This document shows positions 19,994 to 27,615 of a stretch of 64,000 nt of DNA, piece after piece. Source of the DNA: an uncultured Candidatus Saccharibacteria bacterium (GTDB lineage Bacteria; Patescibacteriota; Minisyncoccia; Phycocordibacterales; Zambryskibacteraceae). Both the position numbers and the translations under genes were made by a program. Numbering within the stretch: position 1 is the stretch's first letter; every line of letters begins with the position of its first letter. Location of the stretch: assembly GCA_964618905.1 (NCBI GenBank), contig CAZUDK010000001.1, positions 92,614 to 156,613 of the forward strand, written 5' to 3'. The notes under the pieces are model-generated. The model made no database searches. It saw only the letters and a list, made by a program, of their open reading frames with translations, and had not been told where the DNA came from.

Positions 19994-20263
19994 ATGCCCT
20001 ACTTTGTTTATATCCTTATAAGCAAGAAGGACCACAAGCTTTACGTAGGATGCACACGAGACATTAAAAAACGTCTTGAGCGTCATAATAATGGAGCGGT
20101 AATTGCCACAAAGCACCGCCGACCATTAGAACTTCTGCATATAGAAAAATTCGATAAGAAATCTGATGCTTTTAATCGAGAAAGATTTCTCAAAAGCTTG
20201 TGGGGTTCTAGATTCAAGAAAAAATTAATTTCTGAATATAAACAAAGTAGGGCAAATCAATAA
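19994..20263 (+). CDS. GIY-YIG nuclease-domain small protein (paralog 2)
   Basis: YFVYILISKKDHKLYVGCTRDIKKRLERHN; paralogous to 19270..19524. Confidence 0.7.
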   Translation: MPYFVYILISKKDHKLYVGCTRDIKKRLERHNNGAVIATKHRRPLELLHIEKFDKKSDAFNRERFLKSLWGSRFKKKLISEYKQSRANQ

Positions 20264-20332
20264 TTTGCCCAGGCTAAATCAGTTTTGCTAGCAAAACTGA
20301 TCGCCCGAACATTTGCGAAGCAAATGTTTTAG

Positions 20333-20732
20333 GGGGATGCTCGGCCTAGACAAGAAGAGAAGGCAGGTTGATGCGCAAGAGAGCTCGGGTGACTCTTAAA
20401 TCCGCTCGAAATCTTAAATGCAAAATCAACTTTTGCTTCAGTTGTTTCTCCGTACTTTACGGCAAACGACTTCCAGTTCGCTTACGCTAGAGCTTAACGC
20501 TCGCTAGGCCTTCTGGCGCGGTTCCGCAAGATGCTTTGAGTAGCGGACTCCGTGTTATTACACAAAGCTCTGGATGCTAGTTCCTCACTAGTATCCGAAA
20601 CTTAGAGGATAGAGGCTTGAGGGCTTTCGTTTGCTTTATACCTCACACCTCGAACTTCAATGAAGCACACTACCTTGCGTAGACTTCATCCTGTCCCCTT
20701 CTTGCACGGCGGTTCGACTCCGCCCATCTCCA
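20333..20732 (+). ncRNA. ssrA: tmRNA (ssrA)
   Basis: 5' GGGGAUG pairs (one G-U) with 3' CAUCUCC-A; tRNA-like T-arm GGCGGTTCGACTCCGCC; internal reading frame GCA AAC GAC ... TAA (ANDFQFAYARA*) at 20462..20497; directly downstream of smpB. Confidence 0.75.
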
Positions 20733-20746
20733 CTAGCAAAAACATT

Positions 20747-20770
20747 AGCTCCGAAAGGAGCTTTTTGTTT
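20747..20770 (+). terminator. intrinsic terminator after ssrA
   Basis: AGCTCC-GAAA-GGAGCT hairpin followed by TTTTTGTTT. Confidence 0.7.
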
Positions 20771-20896
20771 ATAAAACCTTTATTCCTTTTCTAAAATATG
20801 TTCTGAAAGGTAATCCACAACTCTTGCCAGTGGATAAAATTATAAGATGTATGAAGAAGTGCAGTGTAATTCTTCCCAGGCAGAAAGGAGCTGAAG

Positions 20897-21097
20897 ATGA
20901 ATGCCAAAGGACCGCTGCAAACTTGCCTGTTCCAGGATGCGTGCGGGAAATGCCCGCTCACTGGGACTGCTAAGTGCCCTGCAGGCACAAGCATGACAGC
21001 GCAAGGTGACACTTGTCATCAGTGTGGAGCGGATTCGCCGCCTTCTTCTTCGGACAAGATCATGGAAGAGTACGGGCAGGTCTGTATCTCGTTCTGA
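20897..21097 (+). CDS. small Cys-rich protein (7 Cys in 66 aa), unknown function
   Basis: Good RBS AAAGGAG 7 nt upstream of the ATG; followed by intrinsic terminator 21109..21146; lies in the GC-richer islet. Confidence 0.45.
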   Translation: MNAKGPLQTCLFQDACGKCPLTGTAKCPAGTSMTAQGDTCHQCGADSPPSSSDKIMEEYGQVCISF

Positions 21098-21201
21098 ACT
21101 CTTCGCCAGAGGGATTCCAGCATGCTGGGGTCCCTCTTCTTTTTATTTACAAAAAGAGTAAGGTGTAGGCAGAACTTTGAACTCGAGCCAGAGAGGAAGC
21201 G

Positions 21202-21381
21202 ATGGGAGAAAAGACTAAGAAGCAGATAGCAGAAGTGTCTCATGCGGACTTTGAGAAGATGATCAGCTAGGAAACGGAAGAACTCAAGGCAAAAGATCCA
21301 AATGGATTCTTGCCGAGCGAATACCTAAAATGATACGATCCTGAAGAGATCGACTACGACATATGCCATGTATGGCGCTGA
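21202..21381 (+). pseudogene. small ORF interrupted by in-frame TAG (21268) and TGA (21331): likely decayed gene
   Basis: RBS GAGAGGAAG then ATG; the three in-frame segments MGEKTKKQIAEVSHADFEKMIS*ETEELKAKDPNGFLPSEYLK*YDPEEIDYDICHVWR* read as one continuous protein-like sequence; strong terminator 21395..21430 follows. Confidence 0.4.
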
Positions 21382-21491
21382 AACACTGGAGTCACCCCAT
21401 GTGTATATGCACATGGGGCTTTTGTTTTTTAAATATAGATGAAGTAACCTGTATATAGAGGATTCAAAAAACCTGAACCAAGGAGTGAATA

Positions 21492-21701
21492 ATGGAAATC
21501 CATTATATTAAGGATCTCGATAAGATTTCGATCGAGATTTATCCCTCCAGGGACTACTTAGATACAAGGGAGGTAACGGAAGATGTTACGGTTGATTTCG
21601 ATAAGCATTATACGCCTTTGCGAATTGAAATCAAAAATGCAAGCAAATACTATCCACGTCAGTTTATCAACCAGATAAAAGTGTGGAAACCAAGAACCTG
21701 A
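21492..21701 (+). CDS. DUF2283 family protein
   Basis: MEIHYIKDLDKISIEIYPS...VDFDKHYTPLRIEI matches the DUF2283 pattern; RBS AAGGAG; followed by a perfect 12-bp hairpin at 21712..21739. Confidence 0.65.
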   Translation: MEIHYIKDLDKISIEIYPSRDYLDTREVTEDVTVDFDKHYTPLRIEIKNASKYYPRQFINQIKVWKPRT

Positions 21702-21748
21702 GTACCGATTACCCCCGCACCACGTAAGTGGTGCGGGGGTATAAAAAT

Positions 21749-22519
21749 TCATGCGGCCGCGGTCAGACGAGACTGATTTTTCAGGTCTTTGGCCGAAATG
21801 GCTTCCGAGCCGCCTATGCAGAGAGGGCACTCGTCCGGAACCCACTTGGGTATCAGCCGGCGAACGAGAGAGAGTATCTCCTTACCTCTCGAAACCACCA
21901 GGTTCGATCGGTTAACGATAGAGCAGACGCATGGCAAAACGCTCGCCCCCTTCTCCCTTACAGCTTGAGCAGCAAGCTCCACGCTTCCGCAGGTCGTGAT
22001 GACATCATCACATAGAAGCACTCTGTCTGCGGAAGTGAGTGCGCACGACTCATCGAAGATAAAGTGCCGACTGGCACCTTCTCCTCGCTTCGACGGAGAA
22101 GCCCAAGCGCAAGGCGCGTGACGCCGGCGCCCTATCTCGGCTGCAAGAGCTTCTGAAAGTTTTGTTGCACCGGTCTGCGGACCCACTACGCACGTGACCG
22201 AAATCATGATACTCCTACCCTTGTCACCCTCTGCTTCGATCAAGTCACACAAGTCCGAAGCAGCCTGGTGTATGAGAAGGTTATCAGAAATGATCTTCTC
22301 ACTGCAGAAGAGCTCGCTTGAGTGAAGTCCTCCGGAGAGCTGGACGTGAGGATTGAGAGGGTTCTTGTCGTCGTGAGTCCAAAGCGCGTTGAGGTCGCGA
22401 TAAACGCCCATCCAGCCCTTCTGATCTTTGTACATACTGCATCTCCTTTGAAGTTGAAGGTTCTTATTCGCTAATGCGAAGCCTAAGAAAAGATTATATA
22501 AGAATGGGTGTAAACTCAA
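21749..22519 (-). CDS. type I phosphoribosyltransferase (orotate-PRTase-like) protein
   Basis: PRPP-binding loop RVLLCDDVITTCGS. Likely true start is ATG at 22435 (MYKDQKG...) with AAAGGAG RBS, rather than the TTG at 22519. Gene GC is markedly above its surroundings. Confidence 0.65.
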   Translation of the reverse strand: MSLHPFLYNLFLGFALANKNLQLQRRCSMYKDQKGWMGVYRDLNALWTHDDKNPLNPHVQLSGGLHSSELFCSEKIISDNLLIHQAASDLCDLIEAEGDKGRSIMISVTCVVGPQTGATKLSEALAAEIGRRRHAPCAWASPSKRGEGASRHFIFDESCALTSADRVLLCDDVITTCGSVELAAQAVREKGASVLPCVCSIVNRSNLVVSRGKEILSLVRRLIPKWVPDECPLCIGGSEAISAKDLKNQSRLTAAA

Positions 22520-22750
22520 GGGTTAATTTAAAAAACTGACCATATATTTTCTCGCTTGGCCCAAATGCGCGATCCCGATCCTCGCCGGCGGTCACCACAG
22601 GTGAACCCCGTTCGTCTCGGCGACCGCCTACGCTAAGCGCTATGCAGGCGCCCCATCTCCAGCATGGAGGAGAGATGACCTTCGACAGAGCTCCCCCGAG
22701 CTAGTAGAACAAGCCCCTGGCACCAATGGTGTCGGGGGCTCTTTTATTTT
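22436..22750. promoter_or_regulatory. GC-rich structured non-coding region: 5' leader of the PRTase gene (minus) and/or small RNA with a plus-strand intrinsic terminator upstream of infC
   Basis: About 300 bp with no credible ORF, GC far above the genome background, multiple hairpins. Stem AGCCCCTGGCACCA...TGGTGTCGGGGGCT plus TCTTTTATTTT (22712..22760) on the plus strand; on the minus strand a T6 run lies ~100 nt before the PRTase start. Confidence 0.35.
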
Positions 22751-23028
22751 CTATCAATCTTCCTCACCAGCTCAAGCAAAAGTTCGTTTTGGTTTTCCAG
22801 GTGAGCCAGGATCATGTCGTGCTCATAACGGTTCAGCCGGGCTTCATCCAAATGATCCTCCTGCTCCATCTCATGCTTGTTTTTAGAGAAAAATCCTTTC
22901 TTGAGCAAAGAAGATTGCCTGCGTTCGTCTATATCTTTGCGAAGCCTTCTGAGCTCTGGCAAAGAAGGCGGGTTATGTCTATACTCCATATCCCAAATAG
23001 TGTATAATACATCCCAATAAAGATACAC
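22744..23028 (-). CDS. hypothetical charged/coiled-coil protein (doubtful)
   Basis: 94 aa ORF with a possible GGAG RBS; overlaps the plus-strand terminator and abuts the infC start, so it may be spurious. Confidence 0.25.
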   Translation of the reverse strand: MYLYWDVLYTIWDMEYRHNPPSLPELRRLRKDIDERRQSSLLKKGFFSKNKHEMEQEDHLDEARLNRYEHDMILAHLENQNELLLELVRKIDRK

Positions 23029-23033
23029 CCGAT

Positions 23034-23537
23034 TTGCAACAACTCCGTATTAATCAACATATAAAAGCTAAAGAACTCAGGGTTATAGGTCCTCAAGGAG
23101 AAAACTTTGGAGTACTCTCACTGAAAGAGGCCTTAGTTAAAGCTGACGAACTCAAGCTTGATCTTATAGAAATATCCCCTACCGCCAAACCTCCGGTGGC
23201 TAAGATTGCTGACTATGGCAAATATCAGTACGAAGAAAAGAAAAAGAGCAAGCAGGGCAAAAAATCCCATTCCACAGAAGTCAAGAACATTCAGGTCAAG
23301 CTCGGTACTGGTGATCACGACCTTTCCTTAAAAGCCAAAAAAACATCAGAATGGCTCTCTGAAGGTCACAGAGTAAGGGTAGACTTGTTCCTTCCAGGTA
23401 GAGCCAAATACTTGGATCAAAACTTCCTTAAAGAACGCATCGAAAGAATGCTCAAACTGGTTTCAGTCGATTACAAGATAGCCGAGGCTCCTAAAAAAAG
23501 CCCAAAGGGCATGACCGCTATCATTGAGAAGGCTTAA
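23034..23537 (+). CDS. infC: translation initiation factor IF-3
   Basis: RINQHIKAKELRVIGPQGENFGVLSLKEAL... and the C-terminal domain match IF-3; TTG start (non-ATG start is classical for infC). Confidence 0.9.
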   Translation: MQQLRINQHIKAKELRVIGPQGENFGVLSLKEALVKADELKLDLIEISPTAKPPVAKIADYGKYQYEEKKKSKQGKKSHSTEVKNIQVKLGTGDHDLSLKAKKTSEWLSEGHRVRVDLFLPGRAKYLDQNFLKERIERMLKLVSVDYKIAEAPKKSPKGMTAIIEKA

Positions 23538-23650
23538 AGCCAGATTCTAAGGGCAGGTGCCCGAGGCTGGAAATACTAGACAAATCCTGCTGTTTAGGTA
23601 ATATAAGACCTTAACTAGAAGCTAAAAACTAGCAGCTAGAAGCTACTCAG

Positions 23651-23845
23651 ATGGCAATGAAAACTAATAAGTCTTATAAGAAGAGATTGAAGGTCACAAA
23701 GACCGGCAAGATTGTGGCACGCAAGGCTGGCCAGAATCATTTCAATGCCAAAGAGCGCCAAAGCGAAAAAGGCAACAAGAAGCAGAATGCTGAGTTTAAT
23801 ATAAGCAATAAAGCCAAGAGTCGCTTCCTCGTAAACATAAAATAA
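23651..23845 (+). CDS. rpmI: 50S ribosomal protein L35
   Basis: KTNKSYKKRLKVTKTGKIVARKAGQNHFNAK matches the L35 consensus. Confidence 0.85.
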   Translation: MAMKTNKSYKKRLKVTKTGKIVARKAGQNHFNAKERQSEKGNKKQNAEFNISNKAKSRFLVNIK

Positions 23846-23846
23846 G

Positions 23847-24191
23847 ATGACAAGAGTAAAAAAGGGCGTTAATGCTCTAAAGACCAGAAGGAATATTCTC
23901 AAGCGTGTAAAAGGCTATAGGTATGGACGCGGCAGCAAAGAGAGGCAAGCTAATGAAGCCATAGTTCATGCAGGCACACATGCTTTTGCCCACAGAAGAG
24001 ACAAGAAAGGAGTATTCCGCAGACTATGGAATGTGCGAATGTCTTCACTACTTAAAGCAGAAGGCCTCTCCTACTCCAAGTTTATTTCTATGCTCAAGAA
24101 GAAAGACGTAGCTCTCGACAGGAAAATTCTAGCTGGCTTGGCTCAGAACAATCCGGAAACTTTCAAAAAAATCATAGAAGAGGTTAGATAA
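23847..24191 (+). CDS. rplT: 50S ribosomal protein L20
   Basis: MTRVKKGVNALKTRRNILKRVKGYRYGRG...SYSKFISMLKKKDVALDRKILA matches L20. Confidence 0.9.
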   Translation: MTRVKKGVNALKTRRNILKRVKGYRYGRGSKERQANEAIVHAGTHAFAHRRDKKGVFRRLWNVRMSSLLKAEGLSYSKFISMLKKKDVALDRKILAGLAQNNPETFKKIIEEVR

Positions 24192-24194
24192 ATC

Positions 24195-24286
24195 AAAAAA
24201 GCTTCTAAAAACCCTTGCGCAGCGCGTCGGCGCGAGCGGAGCGAATTTTCAGCAGAAAATTACGTGTGGTTTTTAGAAGCTTTTTT
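24195..24286 (+). repeat. structured 3'-UTR element A: extended-stem intrinsic terminator (19-bp perfect inverted arms) enclosing a conserved GC-rich core
   Basis: Arms AAAAAAGCTTCTAAAAACC / GGTTTTTAGAAGCTTTTTT. Core CCTTGCG...GAGCGGAGCG-AATTTTCAGCAGAAAATTAC, homologous to 38794..38911 (20-mer identical after reverse complement). Confidence 0.75.
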
Positions 24287-24295
24287 GCTTTTTAA

Positions 24296-25666
24296 TTACA
24301 AATCTAATTCGTATACTTTCCCCTTCTCAGGCACAACTGCTTCCACACCCAATTCATCGTGAAGCCGCTGAGAAAGAAACATGGCCGACTTTGGTTCACC
24401 CATAGCCACAAACACTTTCTCCAAACTCTCTTTAGTACTGGAGACAAAATCTACAAGCTGATCAGAATCAGCATGTGCCGAGAAGCCGCTTATGGTTTCT
24501 ATCTTGGCTCTAACCTTTACATGCCTGTCCTCTATCTGAACATTCTTCATGCCTTCTTGGATTTGGCGACCGAGCGTTCCTGGAGCTTGGTAGCCCACGA
24601 AAAGGAGTGTGGTGTCTGGGTCCGGCAAGAATTCTTCTTCGTGCGATATTATCCTGCCTGCAGTAGACATGCCGGAGCCGGCGAGAATTATCTTCGGACC
24701 AGAGACTTTTCTAATTTCCCTCGAATCGCGGACTTGGGAAGTTTCTTTCAATCGGGAAAAACTGAAGACATCATCACCTCCGTCTAGTTCCTGTTGTATA
24801 TGGCCATTTAAATTTTTGGTTAATTTACTGTATACATCTGTTATTTTTATAGCCAAAGGAGAATCTAAAAAGACTGGTATAGGTTCAATTTTTTCAGTTT
24901 CAAACAAATCATCCAGAAGATGCAGTATCTCCTGAGTTCTTTCAAGAGAAAAGGCTGGTATGAGTAGTGTTCCCTTTTTGGCTATAGTATCGAGTACCGC
25001 TTTCTTGAACTTCTCCTCTCTTTCATCCCTGTCTTCATGGATTCTGTCTCCATAAACACTCTCCATGACCATATACTGCAGACCGGAAACTTTTTCCACA
25101 TCCTTTAGAATAACTGATGGCGAGTTGCCAATGTCTCCGGTAAACATAATGGATCTAGAGCTGGCTTTAAAGGTAAACTTAACCATGCTCGAACCAAGCA
25201 CATGGCCAGAGTTGTAGAGCTCAACTGTAAAGCTGCCGAAATCTTTAGGTTGGTGATAACCAGTCGTATCCCACATAGATATACTCTTCTCTACATCACT
25301 GTAGGTATATATCGGCTCCTGTCCTTCATCTCTGGATTTTCTTTCATTTATTTTGGCTGAATCATCAAGCATCAGCTTGGCAATGCTCTTTGTCTCCGGC
25401 GTAGAGATAATCCGGCCATTGAAACCGTCTTTAACAAGTTTTGGTATCAGGCCAACATGATCTATATGAGCATGGGTAATAAACAAGAGATCAACAGAAC
25501 TTGGATCATATTTAAAATCGCTTCTATTGATCTCGTCTGCATCCCTAGACCCTTGAGTGAAACCGCAGTCTACAAGAACTCTCTTGTCTCCAGTATCGAG
25601 CAGAAAATTGGCTCCCGTGACCGTATCCACGCCGCCGTAAAACTCCAGTTTAACCATTATCTTCAA
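24296..25666 (-). CDS. MBL-fold metallo-hydrolase, beta-CASP RNA-processing family (RNase J-like)
   Basis: HAHIDHVG (HxHxDH) motif; beta-CASP-type C-terminal half; 456 aa. Confidence 0.7.
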   Translation of the reverse strand: MKIMVKLEFYGGVDTVTGANFLLDTGDKRVLVDCGFTQGSRDADEINRSDFKYDPSSVDLLFITHAHIDHVGLIPKLVKDGFNGRIISTPETKSIAKLMLDDSAKINERKSRDEGQEPIYTYSDVEKSISMWDTTGYHQPKDFGSFTVELYNSGHVLGSSMVKFTFKASSRSIMFTGDIGNSPSVILKDVEKVSGLQYMVMESVYGDRIHEDRDEREEKFKKAVLDTIAKKGTLLIPAFSLERTQEILHLLDDLFETEKIEPIPVFLDSPLAIKITDVYSKLTKNLNGHIQQELDGGDDVFSFSRLKETSQVRDSREIRKVSGPKIILAGSGMSTAGRIISHEEEFLPDPDTTLLFVGYQAPGTLGRQIQEGMKNVQIEDRHVKVRAKIETISGFSAHADSDQLVDFVSSTKESLEKVFVAMGEPKSAMFLSQRLHDELGVEAVVPEKGKVYELDL

Positions 25667-26105
25667 TTATCTCATAAAACTTAGGATACCTGCCTAAGAG
25701 CACGGCAAAAACAGCGCCAAAAGCATCGGCAATAAGATCAATGGAAGTATCAAGGACGTAATTCTGCTGCGCTGTAGAGATATTAAATACATATTCAAAT
25801 ATTTCCCAACCTATACCTATTAGCACTACGGAAACAAAGCTGGTCAGGAGAGCTTGGCGCAGACCGGGAAGCTTCTTGCTAAAGATTCCCGAGACATAGA
25901 ATATCCACATCAAGAAGAAGCCGATAGAGAGCCCGCCTAAGAAATGCATCAGTATATCAAACCACCACAAAGTCCAATATAAATACAAAAAAGTGGCTGA
26001 GAAATGAAGTCCTGCAAGGACCAGTACCAGAAAAAAGGTGGTAAATAAAAGTGAATAGTTCTTCACTTTCATATTGTAGCTTTTCAAAGCCTTAAAAGTA
26101 AACAA
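25650..26105 (-). CDS. hypothetical polytopic membrane protein
   Basis: Four or five TM helices; probable true start ATG at 26072 (MKVKNYS...). Confidence 0.45.
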   Translation of the reverse strand: MFTFKALKSYNMKVKNYSLLFTTFFLVLVLAGLHFSATFLYLYWTLWWFDILMHFLGGLSIGFFLMWIFYVSGIFSKKLPGLRQALLTSFVSVVLIGIGWEIFEYVFNISTAQQNYVLDTSIDLIADAFGAVFAVLLGRYPKFYEIIEDNG

Positions 26106-26133
26106 AAAGCCCGACTTTGGTCGGGCTTTTTGT
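26104..26133. terminator. bidirectional intrinsic terminator
   Basis: GCCCGAC-TTTG-GTCGGGC flanked by A5/T5 runs; about 195 nt after the ndk stop. Confidence 0.7.
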
Positions 26134-26329
26134 AAGGGTTATTTCGGTATACCCTAGTTTATGCAACTAGGTGGGTGCCCGCAGTATCCTTGCCAAGACA
26201 AGGTACGATTTAGGCTCCCTTTGAAAGTTTTAGCTAGATAATACCTTAAATAACCCTCTGAACATTATAACGTATGAGACAAAGTTTTATGTGTTGATAT
26301 CAGTATAGACTACTCATTAAAAGTGTCGT

Positions 26330-26848
26330 CTATTCGAGGATTCCATCCAAATTCACATCATAAAGTATCTCATCCTGAACAAGTCTGTAATCTATGATTT
26401 CCTTAGGATCGAACCAATGATTTATCTCAAAATCAGCTTCTTCTTCGTTGCCGGAAGCATGAATGAGATTCCTTACAGCCCTATCGTCGCCATCTGCTAA
26501 AGCATAAGAATCTAAAACATAATCCCCTCTTATTGTCCCTACATCAGAAGACAGAGGCTCTGTACTGCCTACAAGCTTTCTAACTAATTTAACTGCGCTA
26601 GCTCCTTCCCAAATCATAGCCACAACAGGCCCGCTGGTCATGTATTTAACCAGATGATCCTGTATTTTCTTATCTAGCTGGTTGTAGTGCTTTCTTACAT
26701 GATCTTCATCAACCGTAAGCATCTTCATACCGGCAAGCTTAAGCCCCACTCTTTCAAATCTGGAAATTATTTCTCCTATAAGACTTCTTTGCACGCAATC
26801 CGGCTTAAGAGCTACGAATGTTCTTTCTTTTTTCAAATGTTTTGTCAT
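26330..26848 (-). CDS. ndk: nucleoside diphosphate kinase
   Basis: ERTFVALKPDCVQRSLIGEIISRFE and NLIHASGN (active-site His) match NDK. Confidence 0.85.
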   Translation of the reverse strand: MTKHLKKERTFVALKPDCVQRSLIGEIISRFERVGLKLAGMKMLTVDEDHVRKHYNQLDKKIQDHLVKYMTSGPVVAMIWEGASAVKLVRKLVGSTEPLSSDVGTIRGDYVLDSYALADGDDRAVRNLIHASGNEEEADFEINHWFDPKEIIDYRLVQDEILYDVNLDGILE

Positions 26849-27615
26849 GAAGTTAGTATTATATTGCCTTTTTCAGTTATGGCAACAGTGTGTTCAAAAT
26901 GAGCGCTTCTTGAGCCATCCTTGGTGGATATAGTATATCCATCTTTGGAAAATTTAATACCAGGCTTGCCGACGTTCACCATGGGTTCTATAGCTATGAC
27001 CATTCCGGGCTCCAGAAGCACTCCTTCACCAGCCTTGCCAGTATTCGGCACAAAAGGTTCCTCATGAACCTCATATCCTACTCCATGACCAGCTAAATCT
27101 TCTGCAAGCGTAAAGCCATACTTCTTTACCACTGAAGAAATAGCTTCTCCTATATCTCCTATATGATTGCCTGGCTTTGCCGCAGAAATACCGGCTTCAA
27201 GAGCTTCTTTAGCAGACCTCAACAGCTGCACAGATTCATCATCTATAGCCCCAACTGGCACAGTAATAGCAGCGTCAGTAATAAGACCGTCGTGAACCAA
27301 TCCTAAGTCTAAAGAAACTATGTCGCCATCCCTTAAAATTCTCTCAACTTCATTAGGGATACCATGCACTATCTCATCATTTATGGAGACGCATAAAGCA
27401 GCTGGAAAAGGCCTGTAAGCGCCGGCAGGCGTATAACCCAAGAAAGCAGGTTCATCACCAACTTCGTTTATAAGTCTTTGTGACTCTTCTTCTAAGAAAA
27501 AGGTGCTCAGTCCGGGTCTGACCAAGCCATAAAGAGCTCTCAGAATCTCGGCATGCCTGGCTCCGCCAACTTTTAATGTTTCTATCTCTTCCTTTGTTTT
27601 AAGTCTTATGCTCAT
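26845..27615 (-). CDS. map: methionine aminopeptidase type I
   Basis: DIVSLDLGLVHDG, HGVGYEVHEEP and further metal-ligand motifs; conserved position after adk. Confidence 0.9.
   Translation of the reverse strand: MSIRLKTKEEIETLKVGGARHAEILRALYGLVRPGLSTFFLEEESQRLINEVGDEPAFLGYTPAGAYRPFPAALCVSINDEIVHGIPNEVERILRDGDIVSLDLGLVHDGLITDAAITVPVGAIDDESVQLLRSAKEALEAGISAAKPGNHIGDIGEAISSVVKKYGFTLAEDLAGHGVGYEVHEEPFVPNTGKAGEGVLLEPGMVIAIEPMVNVGKPGIKFSKDGYTISTKDGSRSAHFEHTVAITEKGNIILTS

Noticed and set aside
22640-22660. CGCCCCATCTCCA as a second att copy of the tmRNA 3' end (CCGCCCATCTCCA)
   Set aside because: Only a 10-nt exact core; the chance expectation in 64 kb is not negligible. It is kept only as a weak supporting note for the islet hypothesis
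22726-23007. 93-aa plus-strand ORF between the GC-rich block and infC
   Set aside because: Hydrophobic low-complexity translation that overlaps the more plausible minus-strand ORF and the terminator, and has no RBS
26136-26329. 195-nt gap between the ndk stop and its terminator as a possible sRNA
   Set aside because: Only weak hairpins and no conserved motif recognisable. It may simply be a long 3' UTR, and is not supported well enough to call a feature
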